Assembly (NCBI GenBank): GCA_036400935.1
Contig: DASWWW010000003.1
Span: forward strand, 35,716 to 99,715
DNA: 64,000 nt
Origin: Minisyncoccota bacterium
GTDB lineage: Bacteria; Patescibacteriota; Minisyncoccia; Phycocordibacterales; UBA6065
Direction of reading: 5' to 3'
Shown: positions 38,851 through 47,392 of the stretch, in pieces
How positions within the stretch are numbered: position 1 is the first letter of the stretch
Layout: each line of letters starts with the position of its first letter
Made by a program: the position numbers and the translations under genes
The notes under the pieces: generated by a model
Told to the model about the DNA's origin: nothing
What the model saw: the letters and a program-made list of their open reading frames with translations, nothing else
The model's database searches: none

Positions 38851-39792
38851 ATGTCAGACAAAGACGATACGCAGCATTCTACATACAAGACCCGGATTGA
38901 TGCTGCCGAAATGGAATCTTTCCTCAAAGGGAAGTATGGCGACGCAGTTGCGGGCGTTACATTTTTACGTGGCGGCGAGACGTCGCAGGCTTTCTCGTTC
39001 GAGAACGCTGGCGAGAAGCTTCTGATTCGGGTAAACAAGCATAATTCTAATGGCTTCGAGAAGGATCGCTACGTCCACGGTCATTATTCGTCAGACCGTA
39101 TCCCAACTGCCGATATCTTGGAAATAGGAAAGATGCCCCAGGGTAATTTCTATGCGATATCGAAAATGATAGAAGGGCAGACTGTCAATTCGCTTTCATC
39201 GGAAGCTTTAAGGAAGATCGTGCCAATCAGCTTCAAGATGCTCGATGAGGTGCACTCGCTGTCGCTTGAGGGCACCAAAGGTTATGGATATTGGAATGCG
39301 AAAGGCGAGGGCGAGCACTCTTCGTGGAAAGAGGTGATTGTTTCAATGGCTGATCGCTATGAAAGGTGGGACAAGCTGTTCGCTACTACGTTTATGGAAA
39401 GGAGCGTTCATGCCGAGCTCTCCCGCCAGATAAAGGATCTTGTGGTTCTTTGTCCCGAGGAGCGCTACCTGATGCATGGCGACTATGGCTTCGACAATAT
39501 GATTTCGGATGGCGAGCGGATCGTGGGGGTTATCGATTGGGCGGAATCCCGCTATGGAGATTTTCTTTACGATGCTGCGTGGCTTTCTTTCTGGCCGTCA
39601 GATTTCGATTTCAAGGCCGCGCTCGATACACACTACGCGGGAAGGAGCATTCCTCATTATGAAGAGAGGATCAGATGCTACCACGCATACATCGCTCTCA
39701 ATTCGCTCAGTTTCTATGCCTACTCGAACCAGAGGGACAAGTACGATTGGGCCAAGGGAAGGATAGCCAAACTCTTGGGGATCACTCTTTAG
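38851..39792 (+). CDS. Phosphotransferase-family kinase (APH/choline-kinase fold).
   Basis: Brenner motif LMHGDYGFDNMI and the Mg-binding motif VGVIDWAESRYGD. Confidence 0.7.
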   Translation: MSDKDDTQHSTYKTRIDAAEMESFLKGKYGDAVAGVTFLRGGETSQAFSFENAGEKLLIRVNKHNSNGFEKDRYVHGHYSSDRIPTADILEIGKMPQGNFYAISKMIEGQTVNSLSSEALRKIVPISFKMLDEVHSLSLEGTKGYGYWNAKGEGEHSSWKEVIVSMADRYERWDKLFATTFMERSVHAELSRQIKDLVVLCPEERYLMHGDYGFDNMISDGERIVGVIDWAESRYGDFLYDAAWLSFWPSDFDFKAALDTHYAGRSIPHYEERIRCYHAYIALNSLSFYAYSNQRDKYDWAKGRIAKLLGITL

Positions 39793-39804
39793 CCCGGCTC
39801 GTAA

Positions 39805-40632
39805 CTATTCCCGGATCCTCTCCGAGAAATCGGTGCTGTCCGCGAATTTCTCGGCGCGCGCATTTATATTGAATGTGGCGCGCGCCGCCTCGAACGAAAG
39901 GTCCGTATCGATAAGGCCGAGCTCGTAGGCGTAGCGGTCCGAATAGCCGGGAAGGAGGACTCGCATGTCGAATGGGATGCGGTCGGGAACGAGCTTGTTC
40001 ACATGGCTCACGATATTGGTAGTGCAGGTCGAGGTGAGGGTGTTATAGAATTCCGGCTCGCGCTGGAGCTTGTCGGCGCGCGCGAGCATGTCGAGGAAGA
40101 GGCTTTTGACCTGCTCCTTGCTTGCCTTGATGGGGTAGAGGAAGACCTGGTCGTGCCGGTAGTTTGAGCGCAGCTTTATGACGTCGCGCTCGTCGGCGAT
40201 GACGTACGAGAGCTCGTACTGGCGCAGGAGGCCCTTGACCGGCGAGAACGACTCGCCTTTTTCCTTGCGTATCTCGACCGAGACCGCCACGTGATTGCCG
40301 TCGTCAAAGCCGAAGGTAAGGAGCGTGTGAGCCGCGCCGGGATTCGTCGAGAACGGCTCGACCATGAAATCGACCGTCGCTATGCGATTGAGGTCGAACG
40401 TCTTGTCGTAATAGCCGGGAGTGTAGTCGGTCGTCGTGCGATAGGTGAAATTGCGGATGTCTTTGATCATGACCTTGTCGCCGTCGATTGATATCTTTGG
40501 CTCGACCGCCTGATCGAGGTTCCAGTCGCGGTCGGTGCGGGGCACGACGACGACGCTGAAAATCGCGTAGGCGAGGGCGAGCAGGACGGCGCCAAAGAAG
40601 GCGATTTTAGCGATATATTTGATGATTTTCAT
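39805..40632 (-). CDS. Membrane-anchored hypothetical protein (DUF4105-like).
   Basis: 275 aa with an N-terminal TM helix followed by a globular periplasmic-type domain. Family assignment is from memory only. Confidence 0.5.
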   Translation of the reverse strand: MKIIKYIAKIAFFGAVLLALAYAIFSVVVVPRTDRDWNLDQAVEPKISIDGDKVMIKDIRNFTYRTTTDYTPGYYDKTFDLNRIATVDFMVEPFSTNPGAAHTLLTFGFDDGNHVAVSVEIRKEKGESFSPVKGLLRQYELSYVIADERDVIKLRSNYRHDQVFLYPIKASKEQVKSLFLDMLARADKLQREPEFYNTLTSTCTTNIVSHVNKLVPDRIPFDMRVLLPGYSDRYAYELGLIDTDLSFEAARATFNINARAEKFADSTDFSERIRE

Positions 40633-40729
40633 ATAGGGCTATTGTAGCCCATGCGGGCCTTTATTTTAAGCCGTTTTATGGCCTAGTCACGCCCTTGACC
40701 CGATTCCTGTAATGAAAGCCAAGATACGC

Positions 40730-40757
40730 TTGACTCTTTTCCCGCCCTGAGTATACT
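40730..40757 (+). promoter_or_regulatory. Promoter of the stand-alone 16S rRNA gene.
   Basis: TTGACT, 16 nt, TATACT, then tgtacttacctc. It closely matches the 23S promoter at 22622 (shared -10 and downstream +1 region). Confidence 0.5.
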
Positions 40758-41099
40758 TGTACTTACCTCTGAAAAACTCAGGTTTGAGGAAAAAAGACTT
40801 CGAAAGATGTCCTTTTTCTTTAAGGGGGACGGCAACTGTCGGACTTTGAAATAATTATTGTTATATAAGATTGAGAACGTGCAGAAGAGAGACTGGTTCA
40901 AGTTTCTTTGAATGTACGAGTCCAAATCTTTGAGTATGTTGGATACTGCGATCGGGTCAAAATTCGGACCAAGAGCAGATAATAGGATTGTGGAGGCGGG
41001 AAAGCACCCGTGAATCTCCCAGAGCAAAATATGCAGCAGTTCATACTGTCGTCTATTTTGTTCCGTTCGCTTTGTGCGCTCTTCGGAGCTTCAAAGTTT

Positions 41100-42592
41100 A
41101 TATTAAGAGTTTGATCCTAGCTCAGGATGAACGCTGGCGGCGTGGATAAGTCATGCAAGTCAAGGGGGCCGCAAGGCAACCGGCAGACGAGGTAGTAATA
41201 AGTAGGTACGAAACCAAAAGTCATGAATAGCCCACCGAAAGGTGGGGTAATACATGATAGTCCCTCCGGGGTAAAGATTTATCGCTTTTGGATCGGCCTG
41301 CTCGGTATCAGCTAGTTGGTGAGGTAAAAGCTCACCAAGGCTATGACGCCTAGGGGACCTGAGAGGGTGACCCCCACCGATGGAACTGAGACACGGTCCA
41401 TACACCTACGGGTGGCTGCAGACGAGAATATTCGACAATGGACGAAAGTCTGATCGAGCGACGCCGCGTGCAGGATGAAGTCCTTCGGGACGTAAACTGC
41501 TTTTATTGGGGAGGAAGTTTATTGACGTTACCCATTGAATAAGAGGTTGCTAAACTCGTGCCAGCAGCAGCGGTAATACGAGTGCCTCAAGCGTTATCCG
41601 GAATCATTGGGCGTAAAGGATGTGTAGGTGGCCGCATTAGTCTTTTGTTAAATTTCCCGGCTTAACTGGGAACCTGCAGAAGAAACGGTGCGGCTAGAGG
41701 ATGCAAGGGGTCTGCGGAACTCATAGTGTAGCGGTGAAATGCGTTGATATTATGGGGAACACCAAAAGCGAAGGCAGCAGACTGGGGCACTCCTGACACT
41801 GAAACATGAAAGCGTGGGTAGCGAATGGGATTAGATACCCCAGTAGTCCACGCCCTAAACGATGACAACTAGCTATTTCGAGTATCGACCCTCGGAGTGG
41901 CGTAGCTAACGCGTTAAGTTGTCCGCCTGGGTAGTACGACCGCAAGGTTAAAACTCAAAGGAATAGACGGGGACTCGCACAAGCAGAGGATCATGTGGTT
42001 TAATTCGATGGTAAACGAAGAACCTTACCAGGGTTAGAAATGTAGCTGAAGACAAGCAGAAACGTTTGTCGCCGCAAGGCAGTTACACAGGTGCTGCATG
42101 GCCGTCGTCAGTTCGTGGTTTGAATTGTTCCCTTCAGTGGGGTAACGAACGCAACCCTCATTGCCTGTTACAAGTGTCAGGCGAGACTGCCCAGCTTTTT
42201 GAGCACAAATCGAAAGATTTGCGAGCAAGAAGCTGGGAGGAAGGTGAGGATGACGCCAGGTCAGCATGGCCCTCTGATACCCTGGGCTACACACGTGATA
42301 CAATGGTGCATACAACGCGACGCGACGAGGAAACTCTGAGCAAATCGTAATAAAGTGCACCCTAGTTCGGATAGGAGTCTGCAACTCGACTCCTTGAAGC
42401 TGGATTTGCTAGTAATCTCGGGTCAGCCATACCGAGGTGAATACGTTCTCGAGTCTTGTACTCACCGCCCGTCAACTCAAGGGAGTTGGGAGTGCCCGAA
42501 GTCTGCGCCTGTCGCGGCCTAAGGCAAGCTCAATGACAGGGAGTAAGTCGTAACAAGGCACGGGTAGCGGAAGCTGCTCGTGGATTATTTCA
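41100..42592 (+). rRNA. rrs: 16S ribosomal RNA, unlinked from 23S-5S. Its 3' tail lacks the anti-Shine-Dalgarno CCUCC.
   Basis: The 5' end is agagtttgatcctagctcaggatgaacgctggcggcg. Internal blocks gtgccagcagcagcggtaatac and gtcgtaacaagg are present. The 3' end reads ...ggaagctgctcgtggattatttc, where CACCUCCUU is expected. Confidence 0.9.
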
Positions 42593-42765
42593 AGTGAAAA
42601 CACGCTTCTTATCTACGGATAAGAGCTGATAGAGTCGATCGTTTCAATAACGGGTTCGCGAGACACCTAAATCTCGCTGGAATCAGGGAAGACTGATAGA
42701 AGTCCGGTAGCCTTTATGGAGACCGAGATTAGAACGGGACAAAATAGAAGACAGTATACATGAAA

Positions 42766-42792
42766 GAAAGCCGCCCTAAAGGCGGTTTTCTT
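42766..42792 (+). terminator. Rho-independent terminator downstream of the 16S rRNA.
   Basis: gaaagccgcc-ctaaa-ggcggttttc hairpin. Confidence 0.55.
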
Positions 42793-42806
42793 CTGCCCGG
42801 ATATAT

Positions 42807-42835
42807 TTGACAAAAACATATAAGTTTGATAATAT
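42807..42835 (+). promoter_or_regulatory. Sigma-70-like promoter for the 42854 small gene.
   Basis: TTGACA, 17 nt, TAATAT. Confidence 0.45.
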
Positions 42836-42853
42836 ATAAACGTAATCCTGCAT

Positions 42854-43228
42854 ATGAGCGCCTTGCACGCTCCGCGTCGTATGTGCACAAGCTACGACAA
42901 GGAGATTCGCAGAAAGCAGTTCATTGTGCCCCTGTGGCTTTACGCCATGGTGGAGATCACGAGGCGGTCGTTCAAGCCCGTCCTCGTCGTGGTAGCGGTC
43001 GCTGCCGCATTGTACGGGATCTACGTATTCGACAAGAAGATAGACGCCATTCCGGTCGTCTATCGCGAGTACCTCGGACATGGAATTACGGGGAATGTGG
43101 TCCAGGTCAGAATTGCCGACACCGTTCGGCTCGCCAAGGACATCCCTCCTGCCGAGATGAAGAAGATCCTGAGCAGCGTGCGCGAGGAGGTTGCGTTCGA
43201 CCCAAGAGCGGAACCCAAACGGCCCTAA
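42854..43228 (+). CDS. Small hypothetical membrane protein.
   Basis: 124 aa with a central TM helix (VLVVVAVAAALYGIYVF). It has a promoter upstream and a terminator downstream. The 227-aa antisense ORF is rejected because it runs through a promoter and the tRNA. Confidence 0.45.
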   Translation: MSALHAPRRMCTSYDKEIRRKQFIVPLWLYAMVEITRRSFKPVLVVVAVAAALYGIYVFDKKIDAIPVVYREYLGHGITGNVVQVRIADTVRLAKDIPPAEMKKILSSVREEVAFDPRAEPKRP

Positions 43229-43251
43229 AGGCCAAAAAATAAACCAATAGT

Positions 43252-43292
43252 GGCGCTGGAGTCGAAAGACTCCAGCGCCCTTTAGCTTTTCT
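43252..43292 (+). terminator. Rho-independent terminator.
   Basis: ggcgctggagtc-gaaa-gactccagcgcc hairpin followed by ctttagcttttc. Confidence 0.55.
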
Positions 43293-43432
43293 TGAAAAAT
43301 AAGGCGTTTTCTGCTATATTTCTGAAACGTTTTGGAAGGCCAGAACAGACGAAAGACATATGCGCGTTTGGCTGTTTTGGTAGTTAAACTTGCCGAGCGC
43401 GCAATATAAGTAGCAGAGAGTAATTCAAATAT

Positions 43433-43505
43433 GCGCGTATAGCTCAGTTGGTAGAGCACATCACTGATACTGATGGGGTCCTAGGTTCAAATCCTAGTAC
43501 GCGCA
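43433..43505 (+). tRNA. tRNA-Ile (anticodon GAT).
   Basis: Acceptor GCGCGTA/TACGCGC. D-arm GCTCAGTTGGTAGAGC. Anticodon stem-loop CATCA-CTGATAC-TGATG. T-arm CTAGG-TTCAAAT-CCTAG. Discriminator A. Confidence 0.9.
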
Positions 43506-43548
43506 CAAAATGAAAGGCCGCCGAAAGGCGGCTTTTCATTTTGTGCGC
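43499..43548 (+). terminator. Long (about 23-bp) hairpin beginning inside the tRNA-Ile 3' acceptor strand. It likely acts as a terminator or processing element.
   Basis: cgcgcacaaaatgaaaggccgcc-gaaa-ggcggcttttcattttgtgcgcg is a near-perfect inverted repeat. Confidence 0.45.
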
Positions 43549-43575
43549 GTAAGCAATCGCCTGTGGCGATTGCGT

Positions 43576-43669
43576 CTAGGATTTGAAGCCCGGTTGAGCA
43601 TATTTTATGAGCGCAGCGAAATAAAATATCCAACCGCGGGTACTGACCCTGTAAGGGTCAAATCCTAGG
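43576..43669 (+). repeat. Extended imperfect hairpin of about 94 nt whose outer arms resemble the tRNA-Ile T-arm (ctaggatttga...tcaaatcctagg).
   Basis: Nested complementary segments: cctaggatttga/tcaaatcctagg, cccggttg/caaccgcggg, atattttat/ataaaatat. The arm ggtcaaatcctag matches the tRNA T-arm ggttcaaatcctag in 13 of 14 positions. Confidence 0.3.
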
Positions 43670-43720
43670 CAAATCCCCCTGTAATTTTCCTCATCTCCCG
43701 GCGTCTGTAGGACTGGCTCT

Positions 43721-43915
43721 ATGAACGATTTAAAGAGAGACCTGAAAGAGCTACTTAACCAAAAGCAGTTCAGCATGGAGGTATCCCCGTACAAGACCTA
43801 TGGCCGGACCAGGGAGCAGGACATTGCGGTATTCATGATACCTTCCGCGATCGTCGTCGCCTTGCTCCTGGCCTTTGCCTTGAGAATCTGGTGGGTAAAG
43901 CATGTTGGCCATTAA
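43721..43915 (+). CDS. Small hypothetical protein with a C-terminal TM helix.
   Basis: 64 aa (…IPSAIVVALLLAFALRIWWV…), followed by a hairpin plus T-run (gcgcctc-gcgg-gaggtgctttttt). Confidence 0.35.
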   Translation: MNDLKRDLKELLNQKQFSMEVSPYKTYGRTREQDIAVFMIPSAIVVALLLAFALRIWWVKHVGH

Positions 43916-43998
43916 TATACCGATTAGCGCCTCGCGGGAGGTGCTTTTTTATACGCTTTTCGGCCTTTTGCGCCCAGAGCGGACCGTGGTGCAATAGC

Positions 43999-44026
43999 TT
44001 GAAAAAGCCCTATTTTTCTGTATGAT
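43999..44026 (+). promoter_or_regulatory. Sigma-70-like promoter upstream of pyk.
   Basis: TTGAAA, 16 nt, TATGAT. Confidence 0.4.
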
Positions 44027-44050
44027 GAGGGCTCTCAATTAATTAAAAAT

Positions 44051-45427
44051 ATGCTCACCAAGAAATCAAAGATTCTCGTAAAGATCGCCGACAACAAGTC
44101 GGAAGTGGCTTTTATCAAGTCTCTCGTCGACGCGGGCGGCAACGTTGCGTGGCTTAACACCGCGCATCAGGACGAGGAGGCGACGCTCAAGGTGATCAAC
44201 AATATCCGAGCCGTCAGCACCCTTATCCCGATCGCTATCGATACCAAGGGTCCTGAAGTTCGAACAAAGAACGTCGAGGTTCCTTTCGAGGTAAAGAAGG
44301 GCGATCATATTACTTTCACAGGCGACGCGACCCTCAAGGGTAAGAATGTCGTCCTCGTAACGTATCCTAATTTTCATAACGAGGTGCCGGTAGGCGAGAT
44401 TATCCTCTATGATGATGCATTGATCGAGACGATCGTCGTCGAGAAAGTATCAAAGGGCATCAAGTGTATCGTGAACAACCCTGGCCTCATCAAGAACAAG
44501 AAGAGCCTCAACATCCCGAACGTCCACATCCAGCTCCCAGCTCTCTCTGAGAAGGACAAGGGCTTCATCCATTTCTGCGCGAAGCACAATGTCGACTACA
44601 TCACTCACTCGTTCATGCGCAGCCGAAACGATATCGCTGAGATTCGAAAGATCACCGATACGTACCCTGATTACGCTCCAAAGATCATCGCGAAGATTGA
44701 GAACCGAGAAGGATTCGAGAACGTCCGCGACATCCTCAAGCACTGCGACGGACTGATGGTTGCCCGTGGAGATCTCGGTGCTGAAGTCGGCCTCGAGAAC
44801 GTCCCATTCATGCAGAAGAAGATGGTCGAGGCTTGCCTCGAATTGGGCAAGTACTGCATCGTCGCTACCCAGGCTCTCGAGAGCATGATCAAGAATCCTC
44901 GCCCAACTCGAGCAGAGGTTTCTGACGTCGCGAACGCTGTCCTCGAAGGCACCTGCGCCGTATCTATGTCGGGCGAGACCGCTTACGGAGACTATCCGGT
45001 AGAGGCGACTACGACTATGGCAAAGGTCATGAAGGCAACTGAGGACAAGCGATCTGAGCTTCCTCACTTCGCCGCTCAGCCCCTCAAGCCTAACGCTACG
45101 TTCAAGCTCGCTCAGGGCATCTTGAAGAAGGCGGCGGCAGGGAAGGCAAAGGCAATCTTCGCGGTCGGATCTGATATCACTCTCCTCCGCGCATTCTCGG
45201 CATACCGACCGGCGATTACCGTCCTCGCGGCCTGCTCAAAGGAGGCTGACGTCCGAGAGCTCGGCCTCGCATACGCTGTCGACGCTCGACTCGTGGCAGA
45301 GCCTACCGCTCCTCACCTTGCTCAGCTCGAGAAGGACTCATTCAAGCCAAAGGATATGGTTATGGTGGTGGAGAAGGCGGGAAAGGGCTACAAATCGTCC
45401 CTCAAGGCATTCTCAGCAATCAAATAG
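44051..45427 (+). CDS. pyk: Pyruvate kinase.
   Basis: [40 protein letters not shown] and [10 protein letters not shown] are all present. It has the codon usage of highly expressed genes. Confidence 0.9.
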   Translation: MLTKKSKILVKIADNKSEVAFIKSLVDAGGNVAWLNTAHQDEEATLKVINNIRAVSTLIPIAIDTKGPEVRTKNVEVPFEVKKGDHITFTGDATLKGKNVVLVTYPNFHNEVPVGEIILYDDALIETIVVEKVSKGIKCIVNNPGLIKNKKSLNIPNVHIQLPALSEKDKGFIHFCAKHNVDYITHSFMRSRNDIAEIRKITDTYPDYAPKIIAKIENREGFENVRDILKHCDGLMVARGDLGAEVGLENVPFMQKKMVEACLELGKYCIVATQALESMIKNPRPTRAEVSDVANAVLEGTCAVSMSGETAYGDYPVEATTTMAKVMKATEDKRSELPHFAAQPLKPNATFKLAQGILKKAAAGKAKAIFAVGSDITLLRAFSAYRPAITVLAACSKEADVRELGLAYAVDARLVAEPTAPHLAQLEKDSFKPKDMVMVVEKAGKGYKSSLKAFSAIK

Positions 45428-45459
45428 CTCCTGGAGCATTTTAAGCCCTCTGGAAGCCT

Positions 45460-45490
45460 CAAAAACCGCTTATTTTGGGCGGTTTTTGCA
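45460..45490 (+). terminator. Rho-independent terminator after pyk.
   Basis: caaaaaccgc-ttattttg-ggcggtttttg hairpin. Confidence 0.6.
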
Positions 45491-45517
45491 TGATCAGAAT
45501 GGGCCCGCTTTGAGCGC

Positions 45518-45546
45518 TTGACAAATACATCTAATGGGTGTATAAT
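45518..45546 (+). promoter_or_regulatory. Perfect-consensus sigma-70 promoter (TTGACA-17-TATAAT) of the first unknown gene in the cassette.
   Basis: ttgaca aatacatctaatgggtg tataat. It is followed by the motif gatatgagc and a 13-bp perfect hairpin (45579-45625) in the roughly 160-nt 5'UTR. Confidence 0.5.
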
Positions 45547-45712
45547 ATACTCAGAATAAGCACATTGATATGAGCATGCGGTTGCAGAATCGAGGGCCGG
45601 CAATGGGCCTTGGATTCTGCAACCGACACCAAGTCTTAATTATAGCTTTCGTGATTTACACGAAGGTTCCCTATCCAGGGAAGACAAGCAAGTCGCTGCA
45701 GTGCTTATTCCT

Positions 45713-46360
45713 ATGTCAACTCAGTCCCTCCGTCCCGCGTTCCGCCCCGCCGCTCAGGCTCAAGCCAGCAGCATCAACCTCAACGACAAGGATATGACGA
45801 AGATGCTCCTGAAGTTCAACTTCCGGAGCCAGAGTCATATTCCCAAGGGTATCCCTCAGCAGCCGCGCCGCGCCGACTTCACCGTCGATCAAGCGCATGC
45901 TGCCAAGGCCGCTAACTCGAATCTCGGGGAAGTGGGCCGCGTCCGTGAAGGGCGCGTCGATACCGGTCGTCCGGTGATCCAGAACCTGCCGTTTGTGCAG
46001 GTGCGGGTCCTCCGTGCGAGCTTGCGGAATGCCGGTTGCGGCATCATCGCCGCCCACTGGTATCACAATCCGTCGAAGGACACGTACGTGGTCGTCGTCG
46101 AGGTCGCCCTCGGCAGCAATCCGGATCGTTACAACGATACCCCGCTGTCCGCCGAGGCGATCGAAGGCTTGCGCAACCTCTCCCGCTGCATCTGGCAGTA
46201 CTGCCATGTGTGGGAGAACAAACCGAAGGATACCGGGACGAACGGCATCTTCACGGTGAACTTGGTCGGGCTGCAGCCTTCAAACGCCCGCAGCCAGAAC
46301 ATGCTCGCAGTTCGGGACGGCCACATGCTGGCCATCCCTTTCGTGGAATCCGAAGACTAA
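45713..46360 (+). CDS. Hypothetical protein (unknown-function cassette, gene 1).
   Basis: 215 aa with a Gln/Ala/Ser-rich N-terminus (MSTQSLRPAFRPAAQAQASSINLNDKD) followed by a globular part. It has its own consensus promoter and terminator. Confidence 0.5.
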   Translation: MSTQSLRPAFRPAAQAQASSINLNDKDMTKMLLKFNFRSQSHIPKGIPQQPRRADFTVDQAHAAKAANSNLGEVGRVREGRVDTGRPVIQNLPFVQVRVLRASLRNAGCGIIAAHWYHNPSKDTYVVVVEVALGSNPDRYNDTPLSAEAIEGLRNLSRCIWQYCHVWENKPKDTGTNGIFTVNLVGLQPSNARSQNMLAVRDGHMLAIPFVESED

Positions 46361-46380
46361 ACCTCTCCGGAATCCGCAGG

Positions 46381-46417
46381 AACAGGCGCTTCTCACGAAG
46401 CGCCTGTTATTCTTTTT
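46381..46417 (+). terminator. Rho-independent terminator.
   Basis: aacaggcgcttc-tcac-gaagcgcctgtt hairpin followed by attcttttt. Confidence 0.65.
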
Positions 46418-46425
46418 GGTAAGCA

Positions 46426-46453
46426 TTGACAAATATATTTTATATGCTATAAT
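46426..46453 (+). promoter_or_regulatory. Near-consensus sigma-70 promoter (TTGACA-16-TATAAT) of the second unknown gene in the cassette.
   Basis: ttgaca aatatattttatatgc tataat. It is followed by the same gatatgagc motif, here forming an 11-bp perfect hairpin (46484-46527). Confidence 0.5.
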
Positions 46454-46583
46454 TGTACACAGAACAATTCATTTACATCCTCTCGATATGAGCCTTCAAA
46501 GATTCAATGCTTTGACGGCTCATATCGAGCAATTCCAGTCCTCAAAACTGGAAACAGCCAAAACACAAATAGGAAGTTCCAAA

Positions 46584-47330
46584 ATGAGTACATCGTCTCA
46601 GGCTGCGGCTACCGCAGTTACTAAGGATCAGACGGCCGATACCGGCGCGTCTTTGCAGCAGGGCAAGGGTCAGGGCAAGGGCGACAAGAAGGTGGTTCAG
46701 TTTCCGCCTCAGTCGGGTTCGATCAATCTGATGCGTCAGCCGCTTCAGCGCGATGCTCATCGGCACTACGAGGCCGAGGGTACGCTGTTTCGGGGCTCGC
46801 TTCCGATTCGGTGCTATGTCGAGCGGAGAAAGCTGGGCCTTCTGGCGAGCGCCCTCGGCCGACAGATCACCAAGGAAGAGCTCAGCCTCTTCATCGGGGT
46901 CGAGGCGGTCGGCGCAGAGTGCGCGATCACCAAGAAGCCCTTCCAGCCAGTGTGGTGGGCGGTGATCACGCAGCATCTGATCGATCTGGCCGCGCGTGAC
47001 AAGGAGATCATGCGCGATCGGATCGTAAAGGTCGGTTGCTTCTTCATGTCTCCCGACCCCGAATCGGACCAGGTGCTCACGTTCTCGGGCTATCCGTACT
47101 CGTGGAAGCGCGGGCGGTTTAGCGAAGAGTCGGATCGTCTCGCAGACGAGAATCCACTCATCTTCGCTTACCGCGAGAGCGAGTTCCGCTGGGGATTCAC
47201 TCTCGACCGCGTCAACGAAACGGTTGCAAGTCGCAAGAGCGCTCGCAAGCGGGAGCAGGAGGCGGAGGTCCGGCTGGTGCAGGTGAAGGAGTTCTTTACC
47301 AAGAAGCCCAAAGATAAACGTCGGTCGTAG
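46584..47330 (+). CDS. Hypothetical protein (unknown-function cassette, gene 2).
   Basis: 248 aa with a Ser/Gln/Gly-rich N-terminus (MSTSSQAAATAVTKDQ...GSINLMRQP) and a Lys/Arg-rich C-terminus. Start placed at ATG 46584, after aggaag. The tool's start at 46416 lies inside the promoter. Confidence 0.5.
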   Translation: MSTSSQAAATAVTKDQTADTGASLQQGKGQGKGDKKVVQFPPQSGSINLMRQPLQRDAHRHYEAEGTLFRGSLPIRCYVERRKLGLLASALGRQITKEELSLFIGVEAVGAECAITKKPFQPVWWAVITQHLIDLAARDKEIMRDRIVKVGCFFMSPDPESDQVLTFSGYPYSWKRGRFSEESDRLADENPLIFAYRESEFRWGFTLDRVNETVASRKSARKREQEAEVRLVQVKEFFTKKPKDKRRS

Positions 47331-47342
47331 CCCTTAAGGGGC

Positions 47343-47392
47343 AAAAGGGGGTGTCATGCAAGTGACACTCCCTTAAAGCTTTTTATATATCT
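47343..47392 (+). terminator. Imperfect hairpin between the convergent genes (cassette gene 2 and truD).
   Basis: ggggtgtcatgcaagtgacactccc followed by ttaaagcttttt. Confidence 0.35.

Noticed and set aside
40683-42384. ORFs within the 16S promoter/leader and the 16S gene.
   Set aside because: They overlap the rRNA promoter and conserved 16S sequence.
42776-43459. 227-aa minus-strand ORF.
   Set aside because: It runs through a plus-strand promoter, a terminator and the tRNA-Ile gene. The plus-strand 124-aa ORF with its own promoter and terminator is preferred.
43576-43669. Interpreting the tRNA-like inverted repeat as a second, degenerate tRNA gene.
   Set aside because: The only tRNA-like part is the T-arm, present as an inverted pair. 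No anticodon or D-arm can be formed.
45570-45797. 75-aa plus-strand ORF.
   Set aside because: It lies inside the structured 5'UTR (hairpin 45579-45625) of the downstream gene. It has Cys/Pro-rich junk composition.
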